In this document: positions 18,261-28,034 of the stretch, piece after piece
How positions within the stretch are numbered: the stretch's first letter is position 1
Layout: the number at the start of each line of letters is the position of its first letter
Assembly: GCA_042093175.1 (NCBI GenBank)
Contig: JBELFC010000003.1
Location: 851 to 64,850 of the forward strand
DNA length: 64,000 bases
Direction: 5' to 3'
From: Tenacibaculum sp.
GTDB lineage: Bacteria; Bacteroidota; Bacteroidia; Flavobacteriales; Flavobacteriaceae
The notes under the pieces: model-generated
Told to the model about the DNA's origin: nothing
Databases searched by the model: none
Seen by the model: the letters and a program-made list of their open reading frames with translations, nothing else
Position numbers and translations under genes: made by a program

Positions 18261-18469
18261 TTTTCCAAATTGGAAGGCAAAAATAAGATTTCTTTTTTTA
18301 AAAAGAAATATTCCAAGTTAAATTATTTGTATATATTTGCCTTGTAAGTAACTACACATTAATTGTTATATACTTCATATAACTAACAATCAGATTATAA
18401 AACAAACAATAACTTTTTAAATTCTTTACTTATACAAAGTGAGAGGATTTTAACCAAATATTTTAACGA

Positions 18470-20212
18470 ATGTTCGAGATTTCGGAATTAAAAGCTAAGA
18501 AACTTACTGATTTACAAGAAGTAGCCAAGAAAATTGGGTTAACTAAAACTAGTCAGTTAAAAAAGTTAGATTTAGTTTACAAAATTTTGGATGCTCAGGC
18601 TGAAGCTACTAGTAAAGAAGAAAAGCCGGCAAAAAAAGAAGCTCCAAAAGAAAAGCCAAAAAGAAAAAGAATTGCCAAAAATGCACCAGTTTCTAAAGAA
18701 AAGAAAGAGGAAGTTGTTGTAAATAAGCAAGAAGAACAAGTTGTTCCTAAAAAAGTTGAAAAGGCTCCCAAAGTAGAAAACACTCCTAAGAAAGAAGTAG
18801 CTGTAGATAAAAAAGAGGTAGTTGCTGAAAAAGTAGTGAGTAAGGAAGTTGTTAAACCTAAAGGGACTAATAACAGAGGTAAAGAGGCTCCAAAACCAAG
18901 AGAAAGAAGTAAAACTGAAGAGGTTAAAAGAGCGGATGATAGAAAGCCACAGCATTCTCAAAATAATAGACCTCAAAGGAACCAACAGAATAAGAATAAT
19001 AATAACAACAATAATAATAAACACCATCAAAATAAAAATAATAACAACAAGCATCATCATAAGAGTGGTAATAAATACCGCGATCCTGATTTTGAGTTTG
19101 ATGGAATTATAGAAAGTGAAGGTGTATTAGAAATGATGCCAGATGGATACGGTTTTTTACGTTCATCTGATTATAATTACTTATCGTCACCCGATGATAT
19201 TTATGTATCACAATCGCAAATAAAATTATTCGGTTTAAAAACTGGAGATACTGTTTTAGGTAATGTACGTCCTCCTAAAGAAGGAGAAAAATACTTTCCT
19301 TTAATTAGAGTTTCAAAAATAAATGGATTAAGCCCGAATATTGTACGTGATAGAGTGTCTTTTGAGCATTTAACACCACTTTTTGCAAATGAGAAATTTA
19401 ATTTAGCAGAAAGAGGAAGCTCACTTTCAACAAGAATTATTGATTTGTTTTCACCAATAGGTAAAGGGCAACGTGGTATGATCGTAGCACAGCCTAAAAC
19501 GGGTAAAACAATGTTGTTGAAAGATGTGGCAAACGCTATTGCAGCGAATCACCCAGAGGTTTATCAAATAGTTTTATTAATTGATGAGCGCCCTGAAGAG
19601 GTTACTGATATGAAACGTAATGTACGTGGAGAAGTAGTAGCTTCTACCTTTGATGAGCCTGCTGATAAGCATGTACGAGTTGCTAATATAGTTTTAGAAA
19701 AAGCAAAACGTTTAGTTGAATGTGGTCATGATGTAGTAATTTTATTAGATTCTATTACACGTTTAGCAAGAGCTTATAATACTGTAGCACCAGCTTCGGG
19801 TAAAATATTATCTGGAGGTATTGATGCGAATGCATTACATAAGCCAAAGCGTTTCTTTGGAGCGGCACGTAACATAGAAAATGGTGGTTCTTTAACCATC
19901 ATAGCTACTGCACTTACTGAAACTGGGTCTAAAATGGATGAAGTTATCTTTGAAGAGTTTAAAGGTACTGGTAATATGGAGCTTCAATTAGATCGTAATA
20001 TTTCTAACCGTAGAATTTATCCTGCTATTGATTTAATAAAATCAAGTACTCGTAGAGATGATTTATTATTAGATGAGAAAACGGTAAAACGTATGTGGGT
20101 ATTGCGTAAGTATTTAGCTGATATGAACCCAATAGAAGCTATGGAATTTATTCAGCAACGAATAAAAACATCTATAAATAATGATGAGTTCTTAATTTCT
20201 ATGAACGGATAG
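18470..20212 (+). CDS. rho: Transcription termination factor Rho with a roughly 160-aa low-complexity N-terminal insertion
   Basis: Rho_N helix bundle, a K/E/P-rich then N/H/Q-rich insertion, a cold-shock-like RNA-binding domain ([15 protein letters not shown]), Walker A PKTGKT, and Q/R loops. Confidence 0.95.
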   Translation: MFEISELKAKKLTDLQEVAKKIGLTKTSQLKKLDLVYKILDAQAEATSKEEKPAKKEAPKEKPKRKRIAKNAPVSKEKKEEVVVNKQEEQVVPKKVEKAPKVENTPKKEVAVDKKEVVAEKVVSKEVVKPKGTNNRGKEAPKPRERSKTEEVKRADDRKPQHSQNNRPQRNQQNKNNNNNNNNKHHQNKNNNNKHHHKSGNKYRDPDFEFDGIIESEGVLEMMPDGYGFLRSSDYNYLSSPDDIYVSQSQIKLFGLKTGDTVLGNVRPPKEGEKYFPLIRVSKINGLSPNIVRDRVSFEHLTPLFANEKFNLAERGSSLSTRIIDLFSPIGKGQRGMIVAQPKTGKTMLLKDVANAIAANHPEVYQIVLLIDERPEEVTDMKRNVRGEVVASTFDEPADKHVRVANIVLEKAKRLVECGHDVVILLDSITRLARAYNTVAPASGKILSGGIDANALHKPKRFFGAARNIENGGSLTIIATALTETGSKMDEVIFEEFKGTGNMELQLDRNISNRRIYPAIDLIKSSTRRDDLLLDEKTVKRMWVLRKYLADMNPIEAMEFIQQRIKTSINNDEFLISMNG

Positions 20213-20238
20213 TTATAGAAATACAATATTATATATTT

Positions 20239-20267
20239 AAAAATCCTGCATTTTGCAGGATTTTTTT
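20239..20267. terminator. Bidirectional terminator between rho and the convergent gene
   Basis: Stem aaatcctgca/tgcaggattt, flanked by an A-run and a T-run. Confidence 0.8.
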
Positions 20268-20814
20268 ATTGAGGGTAAATAACTTTATCTAAAGGAATGT
20301 CAAATTCATTAATATCTTCTATAATATCAATGGGTTTAAAAAAATTGAGACCTATAGTTTTTACATCTTTTTTACAGGATGCTAAAAAACGATCATAAAA
20401 TCCTTTTCCGTATCCTACTCTATATTTTTTTGCATCAGAAATTAGTAAAGGAACAAATACTAAATCAATTTCTTTTACATCTACTTCTTTAGCATTAACA
20501 GGCTCAGGAACACCAAATTTATTTAGTTCAAGTTCTGTGTTCTCATCTAATAAGTAATGTGTTAACGAGTCGTCATGAAAATTACATCTACTTACAATTA
20601 TCTTTTTATCTAGATCTCTGAAGAATTTAATGATAGGAGTAGTATTGATTTCATTAAATTTTTCCATCGATAAAAATAAATGAACATTCTTAATATTTGT
20701 TATCTCTATATTAAAAACTTGTTGGTAAATATTTTGCTCTAGCTCTTCTTTTTGAGAATTCGTTAAATTTTTTCTTTTTTGTTTGTATTGAATTCTTAAA
20801 TCATTTTTTTTCAT
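20266..20814 (-). CDS. 5-formyltetrahydrofolate cyclo-ligase
   Basis: C-terminal GYGKGFYDRFL motif, with the size typical of the MTHFS family. Confidence 0.8.
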   Translation of the reverse strand: MKKNDLRIQYKQKRKNLTNSQKEELEQNIYQQVFNIEITNIKNVHLFLSMEKFNEINTTPIIKFFRDLDKKIIVSRCNFHDDSLTHYLLDENTELELNKFGVPEPVNAKEVDVKEIDLVFVPLLISDAKKYRVGYGKGFYDRFLASCKKDVKTIGLNFFKPIDIIEDINEFDIPLDKVIYPQ

Positions 20815-20818
20815 AGTG

Positions 20819-21184
20819 CTATAAGGTATCTAATTCAGTTTTTAGTTTTTTTGTAAGTCCTTTAACTACTAGGTTATATGAATGGTCAATCAATTCAAAG
20901 GCAAAATTATCAGAAACATCATTGTTTAAAATAACAGTGTTCCAATGTTTCTTATTCATATGAAATCCTGGGTTTATACTATCGAATTCAGCACGTAATT
21001 CTTCGCTCCATTCAGGATTACATTTTAAGTTTATTTTCTGGTCTCCATTTTCCCACTTATCTAGACCTATGAGAGCATACATTTTCCCCATAACTTTAAA
21101 TACTAAGGTAACATCATCAAAAGGAAAGTGTTCCGTTACTCCCTTTTTTGAATTACAGTAATTATGTAGTTGTTCTATGTTCAT
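20819..21184 (-). CDS. MmcQ/YjbR-family DNA-binding protein
   Basis: HFPFDDVTLVFKVMGKMYA and HMNKKHWNTV motifs. Confidence 0.75.
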   Translation of the reverse strand: MNIEQLHNYCNSKKGVTEHFPFDDVTLVFKVMGKMYALIGLDKWENGDQKINLKCNPEWSEELRAEFDSINPGFHMNKKHWNTVILNNDVSDNFAFELIDHSYNLVVKGLTKKLKTELDTL

Positions 21185-21431
21185 ATTTGTTTTTTAAAAT
21201 AGTAACAATTAAAAAGATTGTAGATGTTATTCCAAAAATAAGTAAAAAGTATTTGATTAGGTTGATAGTAATAAACAAAGCAAAACCGTCAGAAATATCT
21301 GAATTGTCAATTTTTCTCTGCCAATTTACTAGTTGTTTTGAAGTTTCAATCAGGTAATAAGCAGTAAAAGTTAAAGTTGCTATTATTAATAAAAATATTT
21401 TTTTATTAGGATTGTGGATATTATTAATCAA
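21162..21431 (-). CDS. Hypothetical two-TM membrane protein
   Basis: Two hydrophobic helices. It overlaps both neighbours by a few codons. A same-locus plus-strand ORF (21148-21357) looks like a shadow. Confidence 0.4.
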   Translation of the reverse strand: MINNIHNPNKKIFLLIIATLTFTAYYLIETSKQLVNWQRKIDNSDISDGFALFITINLIKYFLLIFGITSTIFLIVTILKNKYEHRTTT

Positions 21432-22035
21432 TTAACGTAATTTTTTCGTTAGGAAGTTCCAATGAAGAGTAATCTAATTTCCAGCCAATGGTTTCTACTA
21501 AGCTATTCATTAGCATAATTGCTTCTAAGGCTTCTCTATTGGCAGTTTGCATTAGGTTGCTTTCTGGTACTTTTTGAGAAATATGATCTTTGGCTTCAGC
21601 ATTAACCTTGGTTAAATCATCTGAACTAAATTTATTTAAAAAGCCATTTTGAATATCATAAAAACGAATAGAAGGCTCTATTGAGAAAATTTCAGGTTGA
21701 GGAAATTCAGATAATGAAATTGTTTTGTTTTTAGTGTCGGCTAACATTTTAATTTTTCTAAAATCGAAACCAATAAGAACTTTAGCGTTAATTAATATAA
21801 TAGCTTTCTTTTTACTGGTAAAAAGACCAAGGAACTTTTCTTGGGAGTTTTCATGATGGTATATTTCTGCGAATTCTCCTTCAACAGTTATTAGTTTTGA
21901 AACTTTTTTGATTTTATCTAACAAAACAACAGATTGTTTTTGTGTAAGATTTTTTTTACTACTTAGTGCAAATTTTTGAAATATAAAATAAGAAGCAATA
22001 GCTCCTCCAGCCAAACCTAAAAAAAGTAATTCCAT
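21424..22035 (-). CDS. DUF4230 domain-containing protein
   Basis: N-terminal TM segment, LITVEGEFAEIY motif, about 200 aa. Confidence 0.7.
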   Translation of the reverse strand: MELLFLGLAGGAIASYFIFQKFALSSKKNLTQKQSVVLLDKIKKVSKLITVEGEFAEIYHHENSQEKFLGLFTSKKKAIILINAKVLIGFDFRKIKMLADTKNKTISLSEFPQPEIFSIEPSIRFYDIQNGFLNKFSSDDLTKVNAEAKDHISQKVPESNLMQTANREALEAIMLMNSLVETIGWKLDYSSLELPNEKITLID

Positions 22036-22084
22036 AAATACGAAGTTACAAAAAAAGAGGAGATGTTTGTAGTTAAGTTATTAG

Positions 22085-22129
22085 TTAAAAAAGAATCAAG
22101 GCTAGCTTTTTTACAAGCTAACCTTGATT
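22085..22129 (-). terminator. Terminator after the TBDR-phytase pair
   Basis: Stem aatcaagg(c)tagctt/aagcta(a)ccttgatt, with a U-run on the minus strand. Confidence 0.7.
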
Positions 22130-22149
22130 AAAATTGATTTAAAAATAGT

Positions 22150-23169
22150 TTAAGGAACTATTTTTTTTAAATCATAGAAATAAAAGTCTTTATTATCATT
22201 CATTGCAACAAATAATCCGTTGGGGAATTTTGTGCCTAATGGTATGGTAGTAGCTTCACAACCATCAGTTTCTGTTGTCGATAAATTAACGGCTTTAATA
22301 AAAGCATTGGTTTTACGATCAAAAATGTTAAATTCTCCTTTTTGTTGGTTTGATATAATAATGTAACCGCTTGATTTACCTGTTTTGACTATAGCGATTC
22401 CTTCAATGTCTTCTGTGAATTTTTCGCCTCCGAATAAAGCTATTTCTTTATTTCCTTTTTCAGGGTCTGCGTAATATTTACGAATACCATGCTGTTCGTC
22501 AGAATAATAAATATATCCTAGTTCATTATCTACAGCTACGGCTTCAATTTCTTTTTTCTCACTAAAGCTGCCAAATTTTCTAATCAGTGTGCAAGTAGGT
22601 TTATTAGAGGTAGATGAGATTTCATATTGGTATAAATAGTTTTTCTTAGGTCCTGTCTTTCTACTTACTATGGCAAATAATTTTTGAGTAGTTGGTGATT
22701 TATATAAAGCTACTCCCATTGGTAAATTATGCTCAGGTATAGTTGTGTCTGTAAATACTTTGAAGCCACCATTATCTATAGGGTTCATATCAGGTACAGA
22801 AAACATTCTAATTTGTTGTAATTCTCGTTCAGTAAAAATAATTACGTCAGTTTTAGTGCTGTCGTTTAATTGAAAATCATAGGCTAAATCAATGTTGTTT
22901 GGTCGTTTAATGTTTTTAATACACTTGTCCGTTATTATTTTTCCGTCTAAGTTAAAGGCGTATATTCCTCCGTTAGTTTCTTTATCGGTACCAAAAACAA
23001 TACTTTCGTTTGGATTTGTTTTGTTGACCCAAATAGCAGGGTCATCACTATCATTAGCAGTTTTTTCAGTTATTATGTCTGGTTGAATAGCAGGTAGTTT
23101 ACTAGCTTGTTTGCAGGCATTAAAAAGTAAAAAAACACCAGTAATTATTGTTGTATTTAAAAATTTCAT
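22150..23169 (-). CDS. Beta-propeller phytase (3-phytase), lipoprotein
   Basis: DDPAIWVN motif and propeller repeats. The start at MKFLNT (23169) gives a lipobox LLFNAC and avoids overlap with the upstream TBDR gene. Confidence 0.8.
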   Translation of the reverse strand: MKFLNTTIITGVFLLFNACKQASKLPAIQPDIITEKTANDSDDPAIWVNKTNPNESIVFGTDKETNGGIYAFNLDGKIITDKCIKNIKRPNNIDLAYDFQLNDSTKTDVIIFTERELQQIRMFSVPDMNPIDNGGFKVFTDTTIPEHNLPMGVALYKSPTTQKLFAIVSRKTGPKKNYLYQYEISSTSNKPTCTLIRKFGSFSEKKEIEAVAVDNELGYIYYSDEQHGIRKYYADPEKGNKEIALFGGEKFTEDIEGIAIVKTGKSSGYIIISNQQKGEFNIFDRKTNAFIKAVNLSTTETDGCEATTIPLGTKFPNGLFVAMNDNKDFYFYDLKKIVP

Positions 23170-23179
23170 AATTGTAGTT

Positions 23180-26038
23180 TTAAAAAAGATCATACTTTAG
23201 CCCAAAAGTTAATTTTTGTCCATAATATTCAGCTTGCATTGTTCTGCTTTGTTGCCCTTGAAAGTAGCGTAATGGTTGATTGGTTAAATTTGTGAAATCA
23301 GCATAAAACCTTAAGTTTTTTGAAAATGTATATCCAATGTTAAGATCTAAGAAAAACTGCTGATCATAAAACCTATCATAAAATTCATTTTTTCCAATTT
23401 CATCAATATATGCATCTGAGAAATTTACTGAAACTCTAGCTGTAAATTTACCATCATCATAGCCTAAAGACCCGTTAAACATATTTGGAGCTGTATTGGG
23501 TAATGTCATATTTTTTCTTTCATCTCCATCTTCGTTATTTATACCATCAGCTTCAGATGTTAAGTAGGTGTAGTTTAAATATATATTAAAGTTTTTAGCA
23601 AATCCAGGAAGAAAGTTTAATTTTCGTTGAAACGACAGTTCTGCACCTAAAATATAAGCATTTTCTCCGTTTTCAGGGCTTTTTACTTCGTATCCTTGAG
23701 TATTTGGACCTAGGTTATTGTTTTTGATTTCGCTGATATAAACATATGAGAAGTCCGTAATTTTTTTATAAAAAGCCCCTGCGGATATGATTCCAATATT
23801 AGAAAAATAATGCTCTCCCATTAAATCGAAGTTCATAGATTTTGCAGGTTTTAGGTTTGGGTTTCCTATTTCTATCTCTTCATCTTCTCTTAGAATATTT
23901 CTATAAGGCACTAGGTCAGTATAGTTTGGTCGTGCAATTGTATTCGTATAGGCTAAACGAATAATAGAATTAGGTGTTAAGTCATATTTCAGGTGTATGC
24001 TTGGTAAGAAATTTGTGTAATTATTTTTACTTGTAGTATTTACATGATTAACGTAATCTCCATCTTTATTATAATTAACAATATTTCCTGTTGATGTTAT
24101 TTGAGTTTTTTCAATACGAATACCAGCTAGTATTGATAGTTTGTTAATGAAGCGTTGTTCACTCATTATGTAACCAGCATATACATTTTCATTTGTGTTG
24201 TAGTTAGCTCCTAAAAATTCATCATATACAAGTTCTCTGTTTATAGTTGAGTTTAAAGTTAAGTTTCCTAGCCACTCTTCAGAGGCAAAATAACCAGCTT
24301 TGTATTGGTTTCCGGCTAAAAAATTATTGTTAGTAAGGTTTATAGTGGTTACATCTGCTAAAGTTTTATAGTTATTCTCTAAGTCATATTCGAAAAAGAT
24401 ATTTTCGCGTTGTTTTTGTTTTAATCTTGTTTTAAAACCAAATTTTATAAAGCCGTCTTCGCTATTAAACAATTTAGCTGGAAGTTGAAAATTGGTAGAG
24501 ATATTAAAATCCTTTTCATCTGTGTATTTACTTTCTTCAGTTACCTCATCGTACTCGAAATTACTTAGGGTATTTGCGTATTGCTTATCTTCAGCAGTAA
24601 ATAATGGAAATTTAGTATTTGAAACATGATTGTTTATAATATATTCAGATTTAAACCCTGCGTAACGTTCATTTAATCGTTCTTCTGAAGCTTTTGAAAA
24701 AGAAGCGATCCAATCGGCTTTAACTTTACCAAAAAGATGATCTCCTCCAAGAGTGTAATTTTGCATTCTTTGATCTTCTAAACGTCTGTTTTTGTTTCGA
24801 TTATTATTGATTCCACCTTTTGTTTCTTTTTTTACTTCTACAGGAAATCGAGTAGGTGTATTGTTGTTTAGCGTAAAATCACCAATATTTATATCTTCTC
24901 CATCTAGGATTTCATATTTTGTTCTAAATCGGTTTTCTCTATCATCTCTCCAATTGTACATTGACTTAAAAAAAAGAGTATTATTGTTATTTAGTTGATA
25001 GTCAAAGTTAGCAGAAAAGCTTCTTCTAATTCTTTGTACTAAGTAATCACGTTGTTGAAATTCTTTAGAATATGGAGTGACATTTATTTTTTCTGTATCG
25101 GTTCCGTTAAAGTATTCAAATTCATTGTCCCATTCAGATTCAATATTATGCGAGCCAAAATCTGTATCGTTTATCGAAGCTGCTATTACCCAACCAAAAT
25201 TTTTATTTTCACTTCTATCTCCAACCAGAAAAGAACCATTTAAAATACGTTTATTGTTAATGAAGTTAATACCAGAACTTGCCGTTGCCGAAAGTCTGAA
25301 ATTTAATGGAGCCGTTCTAGTAATTAAATTAACAGAACCTCCAAGAGCATCGCCATCTAAGTCGGGAGTTACTGCTTTGTTTACTTCAATTGTTTGAATC
25401 ATATCCGAAGGTATTAGGTCCATTTGAATATTTCTATTGTCACCTTCAGCTGATGGGATTCTGCTGCCGTTTAAGGTGACTGAATTTAATTGAGGAGAAA
25501 GCCCTCGAATAATAACGTTTCTTGCTTCGCCTTGATCAACTTGCATAGTTATACCCGGTACGCGTTTTATTGCATCACCTATATTAGAATCAGGAAATTT
25601 ACCAATTTGATCTGTTGAGATAACGTTTGTAATGTTAGTGTTTGACTTTTGTTTATTTAGGGCTTTGGTTTCTCCACCTAAAGAAGTAGCAATGGTTACT
25701 TCGTCAAGTAAATTTAAATCTGGATTCATGATTATTTTCACAAAACTTGTACTTTTAGGATTGACCTGAACTGAAAGTGTTTTAGTTTGATATCCAATAA
25801 AGGTAATTTTTAACTCTTGTTTCCCTATGGGAATATTAACAATAGTAAACTGTCCGTTAAAATCAGAAATATCTCCTTTTTTTTCTGACTCTATTATAAT
25901 GTTGGCTCCTGGTAAGTATAGTCCACTTTCATCAGTGATTATACCTTTAATTACTCCTTTTTGAGCAATTGTTTTTGAACTTAAAAGTGTAAGGAACACC
26001 GTTACAAAAAAAAGTTTTAAAAAATTTGAATGTGTCAT
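23180..26038 (-). CDS. TonB-dependent receptor with CarboxypepD_reg-like N-terminal domain
   Basis: Signal peptide, carboxypeptidase-regulatory-like domain, plug (NVISTDQIGKFPDSNIGDA), a 22-strand-type barrel, and a terminal aromatic residue (KYDLF). Confidence 0.9.
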   Translation of the reverse strand: MTHSNFLKLFFVTVFLTLLSSKTIAQKGVIKGIITDESGLYLPGANIIIESEKKGDISDFNGQFTIVNIPIGKQELKITFIGYQTKTLSVQVNPKSTSFVKIIMNPDLNLLDEVTIATSLGGETKALNKQKSNTNITNVISTDQIGKFPDSNIGDAIKRVPGITMQVDQGEARNVIIRGLSPQLNSVTLNGSRIPSAEGDNRNIQMDLIPSDMIQTIEVNKAVTPDLDGDALGGSVNLITRTAPLNFRLSATASSGINFINNKRILNGSFLVGDRSENKNFGWVIAASINDTDFGSHNIESEWDNEFEYFNGTDTEKINVTPYSKEFQQRDYLVQRIRRSFSANFDYQLNNNNTLFFKSMYNWRDDRENRFRTKYEILDGEDINIGDFTLNNNTPTRFPVEVKKETKGGINNNRNKNRRLEDQRMQNYTLGGDHLFGKVKADWIASFSKASEERLNERYAGFKSEYIINNHVSNTKFPLFTAEDKQYANTLSNFEYDEVTEESKYTDEKDFNISTNFQLPAKLFNSEDGFIKFGFKTRLKQKQRENIFFEYDLENNYKTLADVTTINLTNNNFLAGNQYKAGYFASEEWLGNLTLNSTINRELVYDEFLGANYNTNENVYAGYIMSEQRFINKLSILAGIRIEKTQITSTGNIVNYNKDGDYVNHVNTTSKNNYTNFLPSIHLKYDLTPNSIIRLAYTNTIARPNYTDLVPYRNILREDEEIEIGNPNLKPAKSMNFDLMGEHYFSNIGIISAGAFYKKITDFSYVYISEIKNNNLGPNTQGYEVKSPENGENAYILGAELSFQRKLNFLPGFAKNFNIYLNYTYLTSEADGINNEDGDERKNMTLPNTAPNMFNGSLGYDDGKFTARVSVNFSDAYIDEIGKNEFYDRFYDQQFFLDLNIGYTFSKNLRFYADFTNLTNQPLRYFQGQQSRTMQAEYYGQKLTFGLKYDLF

Positions 26039-26060
26039 TTTTTCGATTTTGTTTTCACTT

Positions 26061-26068
26061 CAAAGCTA
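26061..26068 (-). promoter_or_regulatory. Candidate -7 box of the TBDR-phytase operon
   Basis: Minus-strand TAGCTTTG is a perfect TAnnTTTG, about 23 nt upstream of the ATG at 26038. Confidence 0.4.
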
Positions 26069-26100
26069 GTGTTCGTAGGCTTTTATTGTTGTTTGTAAGA

Positions 26101-26154
26101 GGCAACAAAAAGTTTTTTTTAAGGCAACAATAAGGCAACATTAAAGTTTTTTTT
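26101..26154 (-). promoter_or_regulatory. Three phased TGTTGCC heptads (candidate activator sites)
   Basis: GGCAACA on the plus strand at 26101, 26123 and 26134 (spacings of 22 and 11 bp). Two copies sit within a longer repeat, ggcaaca(aa/tta)aagtttttttt. Confidence 0.45.
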
Positions 26155-26180
26155 ACATTGTAATAACTTTTTGGGAAGAT

Positions 26181-27692
26181 TTAAAGAGTAATCATGAAAT
26201 TCACGAGTTCTTGCCTTGATTCAATAGGTAGTTTTTTGCGTAGCCTATATCTTGCTACTCGAATACTGTCTGGAGTAACTCGTAAAATAGAGGCAATCTC
26301 TTTTGAAGATAAATTTAATCGTAAAAGCATGCTTAATTTGAGTTCAGCTGGGGATAATTTTTCATTAGAAATGTTAATTAGTTTAGTGCTAAAATCAGGA
26401 TGTATGTCATTGAATAAAAAATTAAAATCTTCCCATTCATTGTCTTGTTTTAATGAGAAATTTATCTCTTTAATTAATTCTGAAAGGTTGTTTTTATAGG
26501 TGATGTTTTCTCTATTTATAATGTTTTTTAGAGTTTTAGATATTTCAAATAACATTTTGTTTTTTTGAGATAAGTGTAAACTGTATTTTGAAAGCGTGGA
26601 GGTTTTTATTTCAATATCTCTTTCAAGTGTAGTTTGTAGTATGTGTTTTTTATCAAGTTCAGCTTTTAAAACCCTTTCTTTATATTGCTGTATTTTTTGT
26701 TTAGCTTTTCTTTTTTTGCTAAAAAAATAACTAGCAATTAAAATATATGAAACTAGTCCTATTAGTGCTAAAATGAGTAACTTTTGACTAGTGTAACTTA
26801 CTTTGTTTTTTTCTTTTAATAAATTGATTTCTGCTTGTTTCTTTTGAGAATTGTAACGAGTTTGTAAAAAGTTAAGTTGATCTGTGTTTCTTTTTTTTAA
26901 TGTTAATTCTTTAAAAGATTCTGACTTTAATCGGTAATTATAAGCTGTTTTGTATTTTTCAAGGGAGTAATGACTTTTTGATAAGTCTTTATAAGCACTT
27001 TCTAAAAGGTTACTGTTGTCTAATTTTTGAGCAAGTAATAATGAGAGTTTTGTGTATTTTAAGGATTTTAGAAAATCTCCTTTTTTTCTAAATATATCAC
27101 CAATATTATTTAGGACATCGCATTCATCAATTGTGTTTGTGTTTTTTAAAAATTTGTAAGCGTTTAAAAAGTATATATGAGCTTTTTCAAATTGATGAAG
27201 ATCCTCATATATACTTCCAAGATGAATATTGCTTTTAGCTATTCCGTAATCATTTACAATGATCGTGAATTTTTTTAGAGACTTATCAAGATGTTCAATA
27301 GCTTTCAGGTAAAGGCCTTGTTTTTCTTTTATGTGTCCTAGGATTAGATATGCATTAGCAACACCGTAATTGTATTTTTTTTGTTTGGAAAGAGATAGGG
27401 ACTCGCGCACGTAATTTTCTGCTAAAGAGAAATTTTTTAATTCAATATAAATTTCAGCAATAGTATTTTTAATTTTTATAATGATGGTATCATCTTTTAC
27501 TTCTTCTAAAGCTTTAATAAAATGTTTAATAGCTTCTGAATGTAAATGGTTTTTATAGTACTCATTTCCTGATTCAAAATTTGAAGGACTTTTTTTAATT
27601 TCTCTCTGATTAAAGTTTTTCGAGATATTAGAAGGAGTTAGAGTGGGTAAGTATAAAAAAAAAGTAATTAATATGTATATAGCCTTATTCAT
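26181..27692 (-). CDS. Membrane-anchored TPR-repeat transcriptional regulator with C-terminal LuxR-type HTH
   Basis: Signal or TM segment, TPR-like repeats, a TM helix (LILALIGLVSYILIASYFF), a coiled coil, and a C-terminal LSPAELKLSMLLRLNLSSKEIASILRVTPDSIRVARYRLRKKL. Confidence 0.75.
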   Translation of the reverse strand: MNKAIYILITFFLYLPTLTPSNISKNFNQREIKKSPSNFESGNEYYKNHLHSEAIKHFIKALEEVKDDTIIIKIKNTIAEIYIELKNFSLAENYVRESLSLSKQKKYNYGVANAYLILGHIKEKQGLYLKAIEHLDKSLKKFTIIVNDYGIAKSNIHLGSIYEDLHQFEKAHIYFLNAYKFLKNTNTIDECDVLNNIGDIFRKKGDFLKSLKYTKLSLLLAQKLDNSNLLESAYKDLSKSHYSLEKYKTAYNYRLKSESFKELTLKKRNTDQLNFLQTRYNSQKKQAEINLLKEKNKVSYTSQKLLILALIGLVSYILIASYFFSKKRKAKQKIQQYKERVLKAELDKKHILQTTLERDIEIKTSTLSKYSLHLSQKNKMLFEISKTLKNIINRENITYKNNLSELIKEINFSLKQDNEWEDFNFLFNDIHPDFSTKLINISNEKLSPAELKLSMLLRLNLSSKEIASILRVTPDSIRVARYRLRKKLPIESRQELVNFMITL

Positions 27693-27761
27693 AACAGCAA
27701 AAAAACGATTCTGCTTTTTCTTTAATGTTAATAAAAAGTTATGAGAAGTGTTTGTGAAAAT

Positions 27762-27790
27762 AAAAAAGCAACAGATTAAAATCTGTTGCT
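27762..27790 (-). terminator. Terminator immediately 3' of tRNA-Pro(UGG)
   Basis: Stem agcaacagat/atctgttgct, with a U-run on the minus strand. Confidence 0.7.
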
Positions 27791-27793
27791 TTG

Positions 27794-27868
27794 TCGGGGT
27801 GGCAGGATTCGAACCTGCGACCTCCTCGTCCCAAACGAGGCGCGATGACCGGGCTACGCTACACCCCG
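27794..27868 (-). tRNA. tRNA-Pro (anticodon TGG)
   Basis: Acceptor stem CGGGGTG/CACCCCG, T-arm GGTTCGAATCC, anticodon stem CCTCG/CGAGG and loop TTTGGGA. Confidence 0.9.
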
Positions 27869-28034
27869 AATTATTTCGGACTGCAAATGTATAAAAAAAA
27901 AGTAAACAACAAATAAAAAAGATGTAAAAATGTAATATTTTTATTCTTTATCGACTTATAATCAAAATATATAATACTAAGAGGATAAAAAACAAAAAAC
28001 TACTACATTTGTAGTTACTAAATAATACATAGAT

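Noticed and set aside
18572-19112. Three ORFs (162, 62 and 87 aa) overlapping the rho low-complexity region
   Set aside because: They are shadow frames of the repetitive K/E/N-coding sequence within an unambiguous rho gene, and their translations are low-complexity nonsense.
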